Source of the DNA: Podarcis tiliguerta
Taxonomy: Eukaryota
Reading direction: 5' to 3' (one strand)
Length of the DNA: 64,000 bases
Assembly (NCBI GenBank): GCA_965153285.1
Contig: OZ229117.1
Shown: positions 1 to 11,772 of the stretch, one piece after another
How the letters are laid out: each line of letters starts with the position of its first letter
Position numbering within the stretch: position 1 is the stretch's first letter
The notes under the pieces: generated by a model
Databases searched by the model: none
Told to the model about the DNA's origin: nothing
The model's input: the letters and a program-made list of their open reading frames with translations, nothing else
Program-made: the position numbers and the translations under genes

Positions 1-289
1 GGAATAATATATAACCATTCATAGAAAAATGTTTGTTGAAATCCATTTGTATGTTTGCTTTTAAAACTTGCAGAGGAATACCAATAAATCAACACCCCAG
101 CTTCTATAGTAAACACCAATTTATTTATTTTTTAAAGTGGTACACCTGCAGTAGAAGATGCTTCAGGTGAGGGTTGGTTGGAAGCTCATTCCATTCCGGC
201 TGTGCAGTGAGTCGGGTAACATTGATAATAGCTGATTGAAGGCTTTGTTACACCCAAATCAAACTACTGGGCCGTCTGACTCACTGCTG

Positions 290-730
290 CCTTTTATTAT
301 TATGTATTAAATTTATTAGTCACTTTTTTCTTTGGCAGATCAAAGTGACTTACAATATTTTATGCAAAAAAAGAATACATACATTAAAACCACCAAAAAA
401 AACCCCACTCCAAAGCCTACATTAAAATAGCCCACCCATGCAATAATTGGGCCATCAGTAGTTAAAATTCAAAGGCTATATAAATGAATGTTTTTTGCCT
501 GGTGCCTAAAGATATGTAATGATGGTGCCGGACAAGCCTTTTCATGGAGAGCATTCCATAAGTGGGGAGCCACCACTGATATGGCCTGTTCTCATGTTGC
601 CACCCTCCAGACCTCCTGTGGAGGACCTCAGATGGCGATCGTCATCTACAATATCCTGTCCCAACCAGGTACTTTGGACTCCAGCTTTCATCCCCTTGAC
701 CATTGGCTGTACTGGCTGATGGGAGTTGGA
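290..730 (-). mobile_element. Old L2-clade LINE 3' fragment (related pieces at ~4125-4300 and ~8140-8440)
   Basis: Typical antisense L2 3' text (gagcattccataagtggggagccaccactga...) preceded by an AT-rich tail. Confidence 0.55.
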
Positions 731-954
731 GCCTAACAACATCCGCAAGGTGCCACTTTTGCTGCTACTGCTTTCAAAGACCTTAAGGCAAGGAGAGGGG
801 ACTGGTGGCCCTGCGGGTGTTGTTGAACTCCAGCTCCCATCAGCCCCCCAGCGAAGCATGGACAATGAGGAGGGATGAGAGGGAGATGGAAGAGCCACAG
901 TCTTGTTCTCAAATGGTAAAGTATTTTCCTTAACTTATTGTGTGTTTTTTCTAG

Positions 955-1096
955 GTACGAAACTTTAGTGGGAACTATTGGGAAGAAATTCTTAAAGAAG
1001 AGGAACCGGCACATGGTGGAAGACATAGAAGAGGATGAAAACAGCAACACAAGGCCTACCAAAGCAAAGAAAATGTTTTTGAAACCTCAAGATTAA
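955..1096 (+). CDS. MPHOSPH6: M-phase phosphoprotein 6 (exosome cofactor), terminal coding exon; upstream exons lie outside the window
   Basis: Polypyrimidine tract and acceptor (tttttctag|G at 954/955). Reads YETLVGTIGKKFLKKRNRHMVEDIEEDENSNTRPTKAKKMFLKPQD-stop, matching the conserved MPP6 C-terminus (YETLVGTIGKKF...KAKKMFLKPQD). MPHOSPH6 is the known neighbour of HSD17B2. Confidence 0.93.
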
Positions 1097-1693
1097 ATCA
1101 CTTGGATGCTTTCTGTGCCCTTTAGACTGGGGAAATCTTATTTTGGACCATGGTAATACGAGTTATTTTTATAAATCCCTGGATCTCTTTGTGTCTCTGG
1201 GACTGATGCATTTTTTTATTTTTATTTTTTGGAGTTGGCAGCTACATAAATGAACATTTTACATGCTCTTGATCTCTGCACAGTTTTTAGCATAGGCATT
1301 TAAGAGCACAAGCACTGACAGCACTGTATGAAGAGACAGGTTGTCACACGTGGCTGAGGACAGCTTTAGATTATGAATCTTAACTGCATGCAGTGTGTGT
1401 CAAAGCCAGGTGAGTTGCAACCCTGTTATAAGACAGTGATTATATATATATATATTCTTTATACATATTACTAGGGTAACAGAGAGTTGCTGAGAAAGTA
1501 TATTTCTTTTTTTAAAAAAATAATTTACGTAATTGATTTATGTCCTTGAAAAATATTTTTATTGGTGTATTTTTAATTTTCTAGGGCAGTTTTAAGGTGC
1601 TCGCCCCAATACTTTTGCCTGTTTAAAACTGTGACCCGTAAAAGAGAGATGGGAGGGAAGGCAGAGTCACTTGTTCTTGTAGCTTCGCATCTC

Positions 1694-1699
1694 AATAAA
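1694..1699 (+). terminator. Candidate poly(A) signal of MPHOSPH6
   Basis: AATAAA ~600 nt after the stop codon, followed by a T/GT-rich tract (tgtttgattttgttt). Confidence 0.45.
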
Positions 1700-3892
1700 T
1701 TTATTTGGGCTAATGTTTGATTTTGTTTAATTACCTTTATCAACATTTTCACCAGAAAAAATAATAGCAAAAAAACAAATAGAAGTATGTCTTCTATTGA
1801 CTGTTAAGGAGTTTTGGGCAATTACTAAATTTAATTTGTACATGAAGACTACGGATTGAATTCCTTCCAGTGGCCTTGTGCTCATGGAAAAGGGTTGGAT
1901 CCAACGCAGGATGTAATTGGACAGTTAATTGAAACAAGGCCCCAGACTCAATTATACAAAAAGTAAGTAGCTCAATGCCTGGAGTATTTTGTGCTTATGA
2001 TACACGGATGAAAACCTTGGTCTCAAAAATACCTTATTAGCTATTCAAGGCGGATCACATGTGTAAAGATAAAGGCTCTTTTCTAACTTGAGAAGGGGAT
2101 CTTATTACTGTCAGAAAAATCTGATGTGTTAGCTTCTTTAACTTTCCAGAGCTAATTAAATGCTGCTGGGTCAATTACTCAAAATCTGGCCACAAAGCAT
2201 CACCGATCAGGAGTAAAAGTTAATGATTCTACAGCGTTTCCCTTCCCTTTCCCAATTTTTGAAAAAAATGTGTTTTCAGCTAGGAAATGATTTATTGACT
2301 ATCATTTGAGGAGAAGAACTCTGAACATGCCCCACTTTGCCGTTCTTACTCATTAATGAATAAATTTGCTCTGTAAAACGAACCAGACCACAAGACACAC
2401 CTAGTTTTTGGAGGAGAAAAACAAGAAAAAAAATATTCTCAATCTCAGAAGCCAGAACAACAAGAGGGATCGCTGTGCAGTGAAAGCAGCAATCCCTCTT
2501 GCTGTTCTGGCTTCTGGGATAGCTGCGCAGCCTGCATTCACTCCACACACACACATTTCCCCTTACTTTTTAGGAGGGAAAAAGTGAGTCTTATAGAGCA
2601 AAAAATACGGTATTTCCCTTATGACTCAAGTCCTGTTTAGGGGGGAAAGTAGAGAGGGTTTTTGTTTCCCTGTTAGTCACCAACGATCCAAGCTACAACT
2701 GTGTCCAAGTAGCCTCTTAAAATCCTCCACCCTCTTTGTGAGCATAAACTGAGGGGACCATTTCACTGATTTTTTCCCAGGGGGATGATAAAAGTGTGTG
2801 TGTGTGTGTGTGTGTGTGATGCTTAGCAGTGGTGGAGTCACAACTTCTTCTTTTTCTTGCATTTTTATTTTTGCTGACACTTCAAAGGACAGCAGCAGCA
2901 ATTGCGTTGACATCCTGGCCGCCAAAAGTAACTAAGTGAAACCCATAGGGTGCCTTCTGAAATATATTAATTTTTCTGGTTATAATGCTAGTGATGTTGT
3001 GCTACGAAACTGTGGCTTTTTGACGGATATACCAGCATGTTGCCCTAAATTTCATTCACATCAGTCTGTATGGTATGACACAACAATGAGCGTCATGGGA
3101 CGACATCACTACTCCCCCACACTTTCCGCACATGCTTCTGTTCCCCATGATCCTGCCCCCTACCCTTAAAAAAAATAAAATAGGAAAGTGCCACATTCTG
3201 GAATACTACCCCCAAATTGTGTCACTTTACTCCTGTAATATTCCGGGTTAAGGGGGCTGCAAACAGATGTTTTTCTGGAATTGAATCACAGGGAAATGAG
3301 ACCTAAACTTGCATTATTTTCAGTGCTTTAAAAAAAAATGTTTAGGGGAACTCATTTTCCTACTCATACTGAAATAATGCCCCTCAATGAGGTCAAACTT
3401 AGATTCACAAAATATTTAGGGGTATGCATACCCCTACGGTCCCCCAGGGAAAAAAAGCACTGACTGTATTCCATTAGTTTTCTGGAATCGTTTCTGCCAG
3501 CTCAAATATAATGCGAAAACGGGGAAATGGAAGAAACTGCTGCGTGAATGCAGCCCAGGAGGCATAATGCAGTGTCTCAGAGAGATGCATTTTTGAAGGA
3601 CTTTATGTGTTATGGTCTGAATTTGGCGATAAAGTTCATCACGGTTTTGTACCCATTCAGTCGAACCTTTCACCATTCCTTTGGCTGATGTTTCGAGAGC
3701 CCTTCTTCTACAGAGCTTCCCTGCCACCTCCCCCCCCCCTCCGTTTTGTACTGAAGCTTTTCAAATTGTAGAAATGCCCGATTCTGCTGATCCAATATAA
3801 AGCCAAAACAAAAGCTGAAAATATTGATATGCTTAAAAGGGCAGTCTAACACATCCCATCTCCTAAAATAGGCCCAGAGTATCTAAAACAGA

Positions 3893-4115
3893 TCCAGTAT
3901 GGTGTCATGGTTAGTGTATTGAACTAGAGAGCAGGGTTTGAATCCCCACTCAGCCATGAAGCTCACTGGGTGACCTTGGGCCAGTCACCATGTCTCAGCC
4001 CAACCTACCTCATAGGGTTGTTGTAAGGATCAAATGGGGAGGAGGAGAACCTTGTGTACCACCTTGAACTCCTTTGAAGATAAAGGTGATATATAAATGT
4101 AAGAAATAAATAAAT
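3893..4115 (+). mobile_element. CORE/MIR-like SINE with an L2-type tail; related copies at ~22770-22918, ~56910-57117(-), ~60680-60835(-)
   Basis: tRNA-like head, CORE-like gtgaccttgggccagtcac, (AAAT)n end. Confidence 0.7.
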
Positions 4116-6418
4116 CAAACAAACAGAAAAGAAATGTGTTTGCCTGGTGCCTAAAAGTTGCCCGTGATGGTACCAGGCGTGCCTCCTTGGGGAGAGCATT
4201 TCATAAGTGAGGAGCCACCACTGAAAAGGTCTGTTCTCATGTTTCCACCTTCAAAGAGGACACAGGAAGAATGAACTCATGATGATGAATGCAAAATCCA
4301 GGGTGGGTCATGGTTGAACAGAAGGCAGAAATCTTTGCTGATCTGATGCAAATCACCTAGAAACACAGTCATAGATCCCAATAGCCTTCTGCCCATCACT
4401 AGCTTATAATAATCTCTAGACTGGCTTTCTCCCTACCTCACCTCTCTCTATCCCCTTTCCTTTTAAGAGGCATAACCATATTGTCCCACTGCAGCATAGT
4501 ACACCTGGGTCATAAATCCATCTGTTTAAATGAACATAATCCTAGATTGGGGCTGAAGTGCAGGAGCAACCATTTCATCTTTCTATCGCACCGATGAAAA
4601 ACCTGCGTACTGCCCTCTAACTCTTCTACAGTTCAGATTGAAGAAAGCCTGTATTTTCTCAGCGAAAGGCTATGGCTTAGTGGCAAAGCATATTTGTATG
4701 CAGAAGGTCTCAGGTGCAGTCCCTGGCATCTCCAGCCAGGGCTGAGACTAGGAGAGAGCCACTCCGAAGCCCTAGGGAGCCACTTCTCGTCTGTGTAGAC
4801 AGTGCACAGCTACATGGACCAACACTCTGTCTGATGAGGCGGCTTCCAACTTTTCTATGTTCCCTCCCAAGGTACCCACAGAACAAATGACTCCAGGAGA
4901 TTTGAGCAAATGGCCAAATTAAGCTATAGGAGCACAAGGCTGGAATCATACACGATTGCTAGATATTTAAGGGCTGTGTCGACGCTAATTATTGTTACCG
5001 ATTATCCCTTTCCAAATTCTGTTACTGTCCTCCTCGTCTCGCTAAGTAAAATTTTACTGGGACTTCCACCCACTTGTATTTAGTTAAATAGTGGAAATGA
5101 ATAAACAGTGGAAGCAGGCCTGATCCTCCAGGCATTTCGCAGTTCTCCTCAACCCCGTGGAGTTGTAAAATCAGAATTAAACATTTGAAGCACATTTCTC
5201 TCTTTGTCTTCTATGGAATTTTATTTTTGTCGCAGAAGCTGGTTTGTTTTTTTAAGTCCAACATTCCAAATGGGTGGGTGGATTCCCCCAAAACATGGAC
5301 AGCTTCATAAGGATCAGAAAGCCATTTCTCCAATAAGAACTTGCTGTGCAGTAAGCCACACACAAAATAGTCTACAGAGATATGAAGCTGAAGGGTTTTT
5401 TGATTGGCTTGGAGGAATTTTAAGCAATGTACTGTAATAGCAGATCCGTAAAGCGGGTGGGGGAACTACACAGACCAAGACTTCATTAGCGCTGGTGACT
5501 TAAGTATAACTCTCACAAGTGTTACCAGTGTATATATGAACAGAAATAAATGGAGACTGGAGCAAAAGCCTCTGTCAATATTAGTTCGTGTAATTAAAAT
5601 TATATCAATATCCATATTTTTCAGATTAAGGCTTCACATAGGATTTTCACCGCCTGCTCACTATATTAAACATTGTGTTCGTCAAAAGTATGTGCCCTCA
5701 CAAATCCGAGATGAGTATATGAAGTATTTTAATTAAAGCTTCCCTTTCACAATACCTGTGCAGAGCTCCGTAAAAGATGATCAGCATTAGACTCTAGGGA
5801 TAAGAAGAGAGGGTGAGTTCAGTCTGTTGCTAACATTTTAGGTCATGTAGCTTTTAATGTGAACTAGCTTGTTGGCAGCTAAGATATTTGAATTCTAAAA
5901 TTCCCATTTCCTTAGAGTTAATAAGCCCAAATGAGCCATTTTTTCATGGGTGCAGTGTATCCTTTGTAGGGCTGCCCCATTTTATGTTAATAAAGGATGG
6001 CAGTTTGCTTAAAAACATTCCTTTAGACGAGCTTCCTGTATTGAAATGACTGGAGTATCCCTCGTTCACACATTAGTTTTGGGTACATATCGGAGCAAGT
6101 CCTGCTTTGAATTCAGATCCATGTAACTTAATAAAACGTGAAATGCAGATTCCTCCATTTTGGAGTGCTTAAATCGTTTCAAAATTCATTATCCAAGACA
6201 TGTTAAGTACTTTGCAGTCACTGGTTTGCATCTACAGGGTTGTCAGTGCTGGTGAAAAAAACCCCACAATATACAATTATCCTCTTCTGCCTAACATGGG
6301 GTGCTTACAGCTTATGGACAGGTTTTAATCATAACTGCAATTTACAGAACGATGGATTTAAGAAGATGGTAAAGCTTGTTGCAATTGCATAGCATTGTGC
6401 CATGTTTTGTTTTCTACA

Positions 6419-7291
6419 CTAGATGGTATACGTCGCTTTGATGTTAATAGGAACAAGCTTGTTCTCCAGAGTTATACCAAATTTCTCTCTCAGTGTTTTC
6501 TCCACCTCGTCATCACTCAGCGTTGTGTGCTTCACCAGATCTGTGCCTTCCGTGTGGTTAAATTTTGTCTCCACAAGTGTCCATCCAATCAAAGCCCTAA
6601 ACCCATCATTTGTCTGGAGGCTGCAGATCGATTTCTTGGTAAACACGGAATCTGGGGACGTTTGGAGATAGGAGCACTGGAACCGAAAGTCTTCTACTGT
6701 CCTTGGCTCAAGGCTGAACAGGTAGATACTCCTGCGCTCCCTTTTTTCCAAGAGATCTGAGTTGGCAAAATTTTGACTGGGAATGTATTGCTTCCTTCTT
6801 ATTTTCTCATAGTACCAAATACCGTTGTCTTCTGTGAAACGAAAGATCCCAGGCATTTGTGGCTGGTCTTTGCCGGACACCAGCTCCAACGGTTGCCACA
6901 TTTGGTAGGAGACACCAAAGCCTGCATCAACGATGTAGGCCCTCTCGTCAATGACCACCTTGATGATGAGATGTGTCATCTGAGTGGCATAGGTGTTTTG
7001 CTGCGGGTTGTAAACATAAGCTCCCAGTATGGTGGTGTTATATCCCAGCTTTTTCAGAACCCAAGACAAAAGCTGGTTATTCTCCATGCACCAACCCCCT
7101 CGTTTTTCCTTCACAATCTTGTTGTAAACATGATCTAAGTCTAGAGTAATCGTCTCCCCGCAGTGGATGCTAAGGTTTTCAAAGGGCACAGCTCGTATGT
7201 GGTGCTGGAAGATCGCCGCTAAGGTTCCAAAATCCAGTTTTTCGAGAGAGCCTTTGTAGCTAATCCTTGTGAAATATTCTTCAATGTTCAT
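6419..7291 (-). CDS. NAT: Arylamine N-acetyltransferase, paralogue A (290 aa, intronless CDS; avian NAT/PNAT-like)
   Basis: VPFENL and RGGWC motifs, catalytic Cys68/His107/Asp122 at canonical positions, canonical 290-aa length. Splice acceptor ccttccag|GAAACATG 5 nt before the ATG, as in vertebrate NATs. Confidence 0.97.
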   Translation of the reverse strand: MNIEEYFTRISYKGSLEKLDFGTLAAIFQHHIRAVPFENLSIHCGETITLDLDHVYNKIVKEKRGGWCMENNQLLSWVLKKLGYNTTILGAYVYNPQQNTYATQMTHLIIKVVIDERAYIVDAGFGVSYQMWQPLELVSGKDQPQMPGIFRFTEDNGIWYYEKIRRKQYIPSQNFANSDLLEKRERRSIYLFSLEPRTVEDFRFQCSYLQTSPDSVFTKKSICSLQTNDGFRALIGWTLVETKFNHTEGTDLVKHTTLSDDEVEKTLREKFGITLENKLVPINIKATYTI

Positions 7292-7869
7292 GTTTCCTGG
7301 AAGGCAAATGTTAAAGCAGCTAATTAAAAATTATGACAGCCTGAAAGGCTTCTTTCCCTGTCCTGCCAGCTTGCACAGTGGTTTCTCTGAATATATTTAA
7401 GGAGAGTAGCATCAAAGAAATTGCATAGCTGAAGCAGAGAAGTGCGGGAACAAATACCTGTTTAGATCTACTAAGTGCCTAACAAAGACTCTCCTTTGAT
7501 AGTGCTCTGTTCTTGCAACCTGGTATGCATGTGTTGAGTATGGTGAACTGGTTTGTTTGCGGAGGTTGTGTTTTCTGCATCAGTAACAAGGGCTGTAGCT
7601 CTCTAGCAGAGCAGGTGCTTTGCATACAGAAGGTTCCAGGTTTCTTAACATCTCCAGGTAGGGCCACGAAAGATTACTGCCAGTCAGTATAGGCAATATT
7701 ATGTTATATGGACAAATGGTATAAAACTTCGTATAAAACTACTTCCTCTGCCTGAGCCCCCGTAGAGCCACCACCACCTAAAGTGGACAAATACATTAAT
7801 GGTCTGACTCAGTCTAAGCAGTTTTACACAATCAGCAGAAATTTATATATGATTTAAGATATTCATATA

Positions 7870-8112
7870 CAGTCGTGCCTTGGAAGTTGAATGGAATCCA
7901 TTCTGGAAGTCCCTATGACTTCCAAAATGTTCGAAAACCAGAGCACGACTTCTGATGGCTGCAAGAAGTTCCTGCAGCCAGTTGGAAGCTGCAGAAGCCC
8001 CGTTGGATGTTCGGCTTCTAAAAATAGTTCGCAAACAGTCCCTTCTGGGTTTGTGACGTTCGGGAGCCAAAACGTTTGGGAACTAAGCTGTTCGACTTCC
8101 AAGGTACGACTG
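7870..8112. mobile_element. Tc1/mariner-type MITE in the predicted NAT-A 5' intron
   Basis: TA-cagtcgtgccttggaagttgaa ... ttcgacttccaaggtacgactg-TA. Confidence 0.85.
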
Positions 8113-8510
8113 TACTGCCATTGGAACATTTCAAAATGGTGTACAGTTGCATAAAATGCAATTCAAAAATAAACAAATACAACACAAAAATATACAAACT
8201 GTTTTTAAATCAAGCTCAATCAGTGTACTTAGAATTGCTTAAAATTCTACAGCGACTAACATCAACAGCCAGTGAAGGCAAGTAAGTGTTCAGCATCCAA
8301 TGAAATGATTTCAAAGTTGGTGCATTTCTTATTTCTGGAGGAGGCCATTCCAGCACCATGACAGAAAAGATCAGGTTCTTGGTTGTGGCCAGATGTAGAT
8401 CTGCAGGCTATAGCAGAACCAGGAGGGCCTATCCAAAATCCAAGGGTCTACACCAGTTAAAGTTGCTCTTAAGAGTTTTTTTTTAAACAACAAAACAAAA
8501 AATATCTTAC

Positions 8511-8560
8511 CTGTTAAGATATTTATCTGTTTTTGTTTTGCGATTTCCCTGTGCTTTTCG
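8511..8560 (-). other. Putative non-coding 5' exon of NAT paralogue A (5' end approximate)
   Basis: Strong donor CAG|GTAAGA at 8511/8510 on the minus strand, TTTATA TATA-like element near 8585, and an acceptor needing a partner at 7296. No transcript data. Confidence 0.45.
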
Positions 8561-8739
8561 GATTGCAGTCTGCTGTACTGCGTGTATAAAGAGCTGAGCT
8601 GAATTTTTCAACTTCAGATCTGCAAAGATCTTAATTCTTCCCCCCTCTCTCTCGTCTTATTGGGGGTTGGTCATTAAAAAGCTTGGAGGGGAGAAAGTCC
8701 ACCTGAAATGTCTGCACATATTCCAGTTCCACTGATCCA

Positions 8740-8757
8740 TGAACTGATTGAACTTTG
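8740..8757 (-). promoter_or_regulatory. DR3 nuclear-receptor element (AGTTCA-n3-AGTTCA) overlapping an HNF4-type CAAAGTTCA
   Basis: Plus strand TGAACT gat TGAACT ttg at 8740-8757, ~180 bp upstream of the predicted NAT-A first exon. Confidence 0.45.
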
Positions 8758-9525
8758 GTTCTTAACTTTTTTAAAGAGGTGTCCTAACCTGACAAAACAG
8801 CTTGCTTGATATGAGAAACAGCTGGACACGTAATATGGGGCATTGCACCACTGAAATCAGTAGCTTGTATCCAGCATTGTGATATAGTGATGGTGAAAAA
8901 CTTGGATGTCTCGAAAAGAGGATGAGACAAATTCATGGAGGGTAAGGCTATCAATAGCTACTAGCTGGTATGGCTATGCTGTGACTCCATGCTCAGAGAC
9001 AGTAACACTTCTGAATTAGTTACTGACGCTGCAGGAGGGTAGAGCTGCTATTGTGCCTTTGTTCTGCTTGTAGGCTTCTTATGGGCATCTGGCTGGCCAC
9101 TGAGAACAATGATGCTAGATTAGATTTGGCCATGTACCACAGGGATCTTTATGCTTCTTAAGTTCTAGTGAGAGTATCCTTATTGAAATTAATGGACCTA
9201 AATTAGTCATGTCCATTAATTTCAATGGGTTGTTGCTGACTAAATCCTTCTCAGAGTAGACCTATTAAAATTAATGTCTCTAAGGCAGTCACTGGGTCTA
9301 CTCCAAGTAGAATTAACGTTGGTTGCAACCCATATAGCTGAGTGGTTCCAGTTGAGCCATGGTAGGTCCCATCTCCCTTTTTGACTTTTTGACTCTCAAA
9401 GCCCACCCACCAGAATAAAAAGTTTTAGAAATGTGATATAAACAAGATACCCTTGCCTATTTTTTCACCCTAAGATGGAGACTGCCCTGATTAACAGCTG
9501 AGTTTTATATTGTTAAATGTGGTGA

Positions 9526-10477
9526 TTCAACATCTTTATCAACGACTTGGATGATGGACTCAAGGGCATCCTGATCAAATTTGCAGATGACACCAAACTG
9601 GGAGGGGTGGCTAACACCCCAGAGGACAGGATCACACTTCAAAACGACCTTGACAGATTAGAGAACTGGGCCAAAACAAACAAGATGAATTTTAACAGGG
9701 AGAAATGTAAAGTATTGCACTTGGGCAAAAAAAATGAGAGGCACAAATACAAGATGGGTGACACCTGGCTTGAGAGCAGTACATGTGAAAAGGATCTAGG
9801 AGTCTTGGTTGACCACAAACTTGACATGAGCCAACAGTGTGACGCGGCAGCTAAAAAAGCCAATGCAATTCTGGGCTGCATCAATAGGAGTATAGCATCT
9901 AGATCAAGGGAAGTTATAGTGCCACTGTATTCTGCTCTGGTCAGACCTCACCTGGAGTACTGTGTCCAGTTCTGGGCACCACAGTTCAAGAAGGACACTG
10001 ACAAACTGGAACGTGTCCAGAGGAGGGCAACCAAAATGGTCAAAGGCCTGGAAACGATGCCTTAAGAGGAACGGCTAAGGGAGCTGGGCATGTTTAGCCT
10101 GGAGAAGAGGAGGTTAAGGGGGGATATGATAGCCATGTTCAAATATATAAAAGGATGTCACATAGAGGAGGGAGAAAGGTTGTTTTCTGCTGCTCCAGAG
10201 AAGCGGACACGGAGCAATGGATGCAAACTACAAGAAAGAAGATTCCACCTAAACATTAGGAAGAACTTCCTGACAGTAAGAGCTGTTCGACAGTGGAATT
10301 TGCTGCCAAGGAGTGTGGTGGAGTCTCCTTCTTTGGAGGTCTTTAAGCAGAGGCTTGACAACCATATGTCAGGAGTGCTCTGATGGTGTTTCCTGCTTGG
10401 CAGGGGGTTGGACTCGATGGCCCTTGTGGGTCTCTTCCAACTCTATGATTCTATGATTCTATTCTATGATTCTATGA
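9526..10477 (+). mobile_element. CR1 LINE, 5'-truncated, young
   Basis: RT C-terminus [36 protein letters not shown], one in-frame TAA (10063-10065), (TTCTATGA)n tail. Confidence 0.95.
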
Positions 10478-10751
10478 ATCAGTAATTGAATGTTCCTGCT
10501 TCCTAACATCTGTATTCCTAACATCAAATGTCTGCTATTTCTCCCCCCACCCCCATTTTAGGATTTAGGATTTTTTTCTCATGGGGCAACACAGCAACCT
10601 TTACATTTTGTTGATGTTATCTTCTTTACTTTCCACATGAGTTGGTAATAAAATTTACTGTAGATTTCACACTCCATCATAGCAATGAATGGCAAAATAT
10701 TAATCAAGAGAAACTTTATTACATTCATCATCATCGTCGTCGTCATCATGT

Positions 10752-10833
10752 CTAGTTGAGATTCCTGCATTGGAGGGGGTTGCACTAGAAGACCCTCAGG
10801 GTCCCTTCCAACTCTACAATTCTATGATTCTGT
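10752..10833 (+). mobile_element. Short CR1 3'-end fragment, antisense within the predicted NAT-B 3' UTR
   Basis: gagattcctgcatt...cccttccaactctacaattctatgattct. Related fragments at ~61660-61865, ~62225-62303 and ~20895-20965. Confidence 0.75.
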
Positions 10834-10893
10834 GATCCAAGCATCATCCTCCCAATTTGCTTTGAATGTTTGTAGCTCTGGTAGCTCTTCAAA

Positions 10894-11772
10894 TCAAAAC
10901 ATGGATATCAAGCTGGTGTTAATGGGGACAAGCTTCTTATCTAATCTTATGTTGAATCGCTCCTGCAGAATTTTCTCCACTTCCTCGTCAGTAAGGGTGG
11001 TGCTTTTCACCAGATCCACGTGGCCCTTGTAATTATATGTGGTTTCCGTCAACGTCCACCCAATCAAAACCTGAAAGCCGCTGGTGGTCTGCAGGCTACA
11101 GATAGACTTCTTCACAAACAGGGAATCTGGAGCAGTTTGAAGATGCAGGTTCATAGGCCGGAACTCTTCTATCGTCCGTGGCTGAAGGGTAAATGAGAAA
11201 ACTTTCTTGCAGGTTGTGTTTTCTGGGGTAACAGAGGAGGGGAATACGTTGTCGGTACATATTGTGCACTGCTTGCGCTTCATTTTGTCAAAATACCACA
11301 CTCCATTGTCTTCAGTGAAGCGGAAGATGCCCGGTGTCTGAGGCTGATCTTTCCCAGACACCAGTTCCATTGGCTGCCACATTTGGTAGGCTATCCCAAA
11401 GCCGCCATCCACAATGTAGGCCTTGCCGTCAATCACCACTTTCAGCAGGAGGTGATTCATGTCTTTCTCATAGGTGTCTTGAGGAGGGCTGTAAACGTAG
11501 CCTCCTAAAAGGCTGGTATCATAGCCCATTGTCTGAAAGACCCAGAATAAGAGGTGGTTGTTCTCCATGCACCAGCCACCACGATTCCGCTTCACAATTT
11601 TGTCGTAGATTGATTCTAAGTCTATCTGAATGGTTTCGCCGCAGTGCATGCTGAGGTTTTCAAATGGCACCGATCGGATGTGACGTTGAAAGACTGCTGT
11701 TAATGTTTCTAAGTCCAGGCATTCCTGGGGGCCTTTGTAGGAAATTCTTGCAAAATACTCCTCGATATTCAT
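10894..11772 (-). CDS. NAT: Arylamine N-acetyltransferase, paralogue B (292 aa, intronless CDS)
   Basis: VPFENL, RGGWC68, H107 and D122 intact; about two-thirds identical to paralogue A by eye. Acceptor ccatctccag|G at 11799/11798 follows a (TC)n tract; AATAAA on the minus strand at 10715-10720. Confidence 0.97.
   Translation of the reverse strand: MNIEEYFARISYKGPQECLDLETLTAVFQRHIRSVPFENLSMHCGETIQIDLESIYDKIVKRNRGGWCMENNHLLFWVFQTMGYDTSLLGGYVYSPPQDTYEKDMNHLLLKVVIDGKAYIVDGGFGIAYQMWQPMELVSGKDQPQTPGIFRFTEDNGVWYFDKMKRKQCTICTDNVFPSSVTPENTTCKKVFSFTLQPRTIEEFRPMNLHLQTAPDSLFVKKSICSLQTTSGFQVLIGWTLTETTYNYKGHVDLVKSTTLTDEEVEKILQERFNIRLDKKLVPINTSLISMF

Noticed and set aside
6820-6910. Possible gene conversion between NAT paralogues in the near-identical QMWQP..GKDQPQ..GIFRFTEDNG block
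   Set aside because: The DNA shows many synonymous differences, consistent with purifying selection rather than conversion.
6395-7138. Plus-strand ORFs antisense to the NAT and HSD17B2 exons (e.g. 6395-6760, 6773-7138, 11334-11654, 51619-51999, 55014-55445)
   Set aside because: Shadow ORFs of real coding sequence with no recognisable motifs.
9547-10383. RT-like ORFs as a host gene or novel reverse-transcriptase system
   Set aside because: These are 5'-truncated CR1 ORF2 fragments with the typical tail; there are several copies and one has a stop codon.
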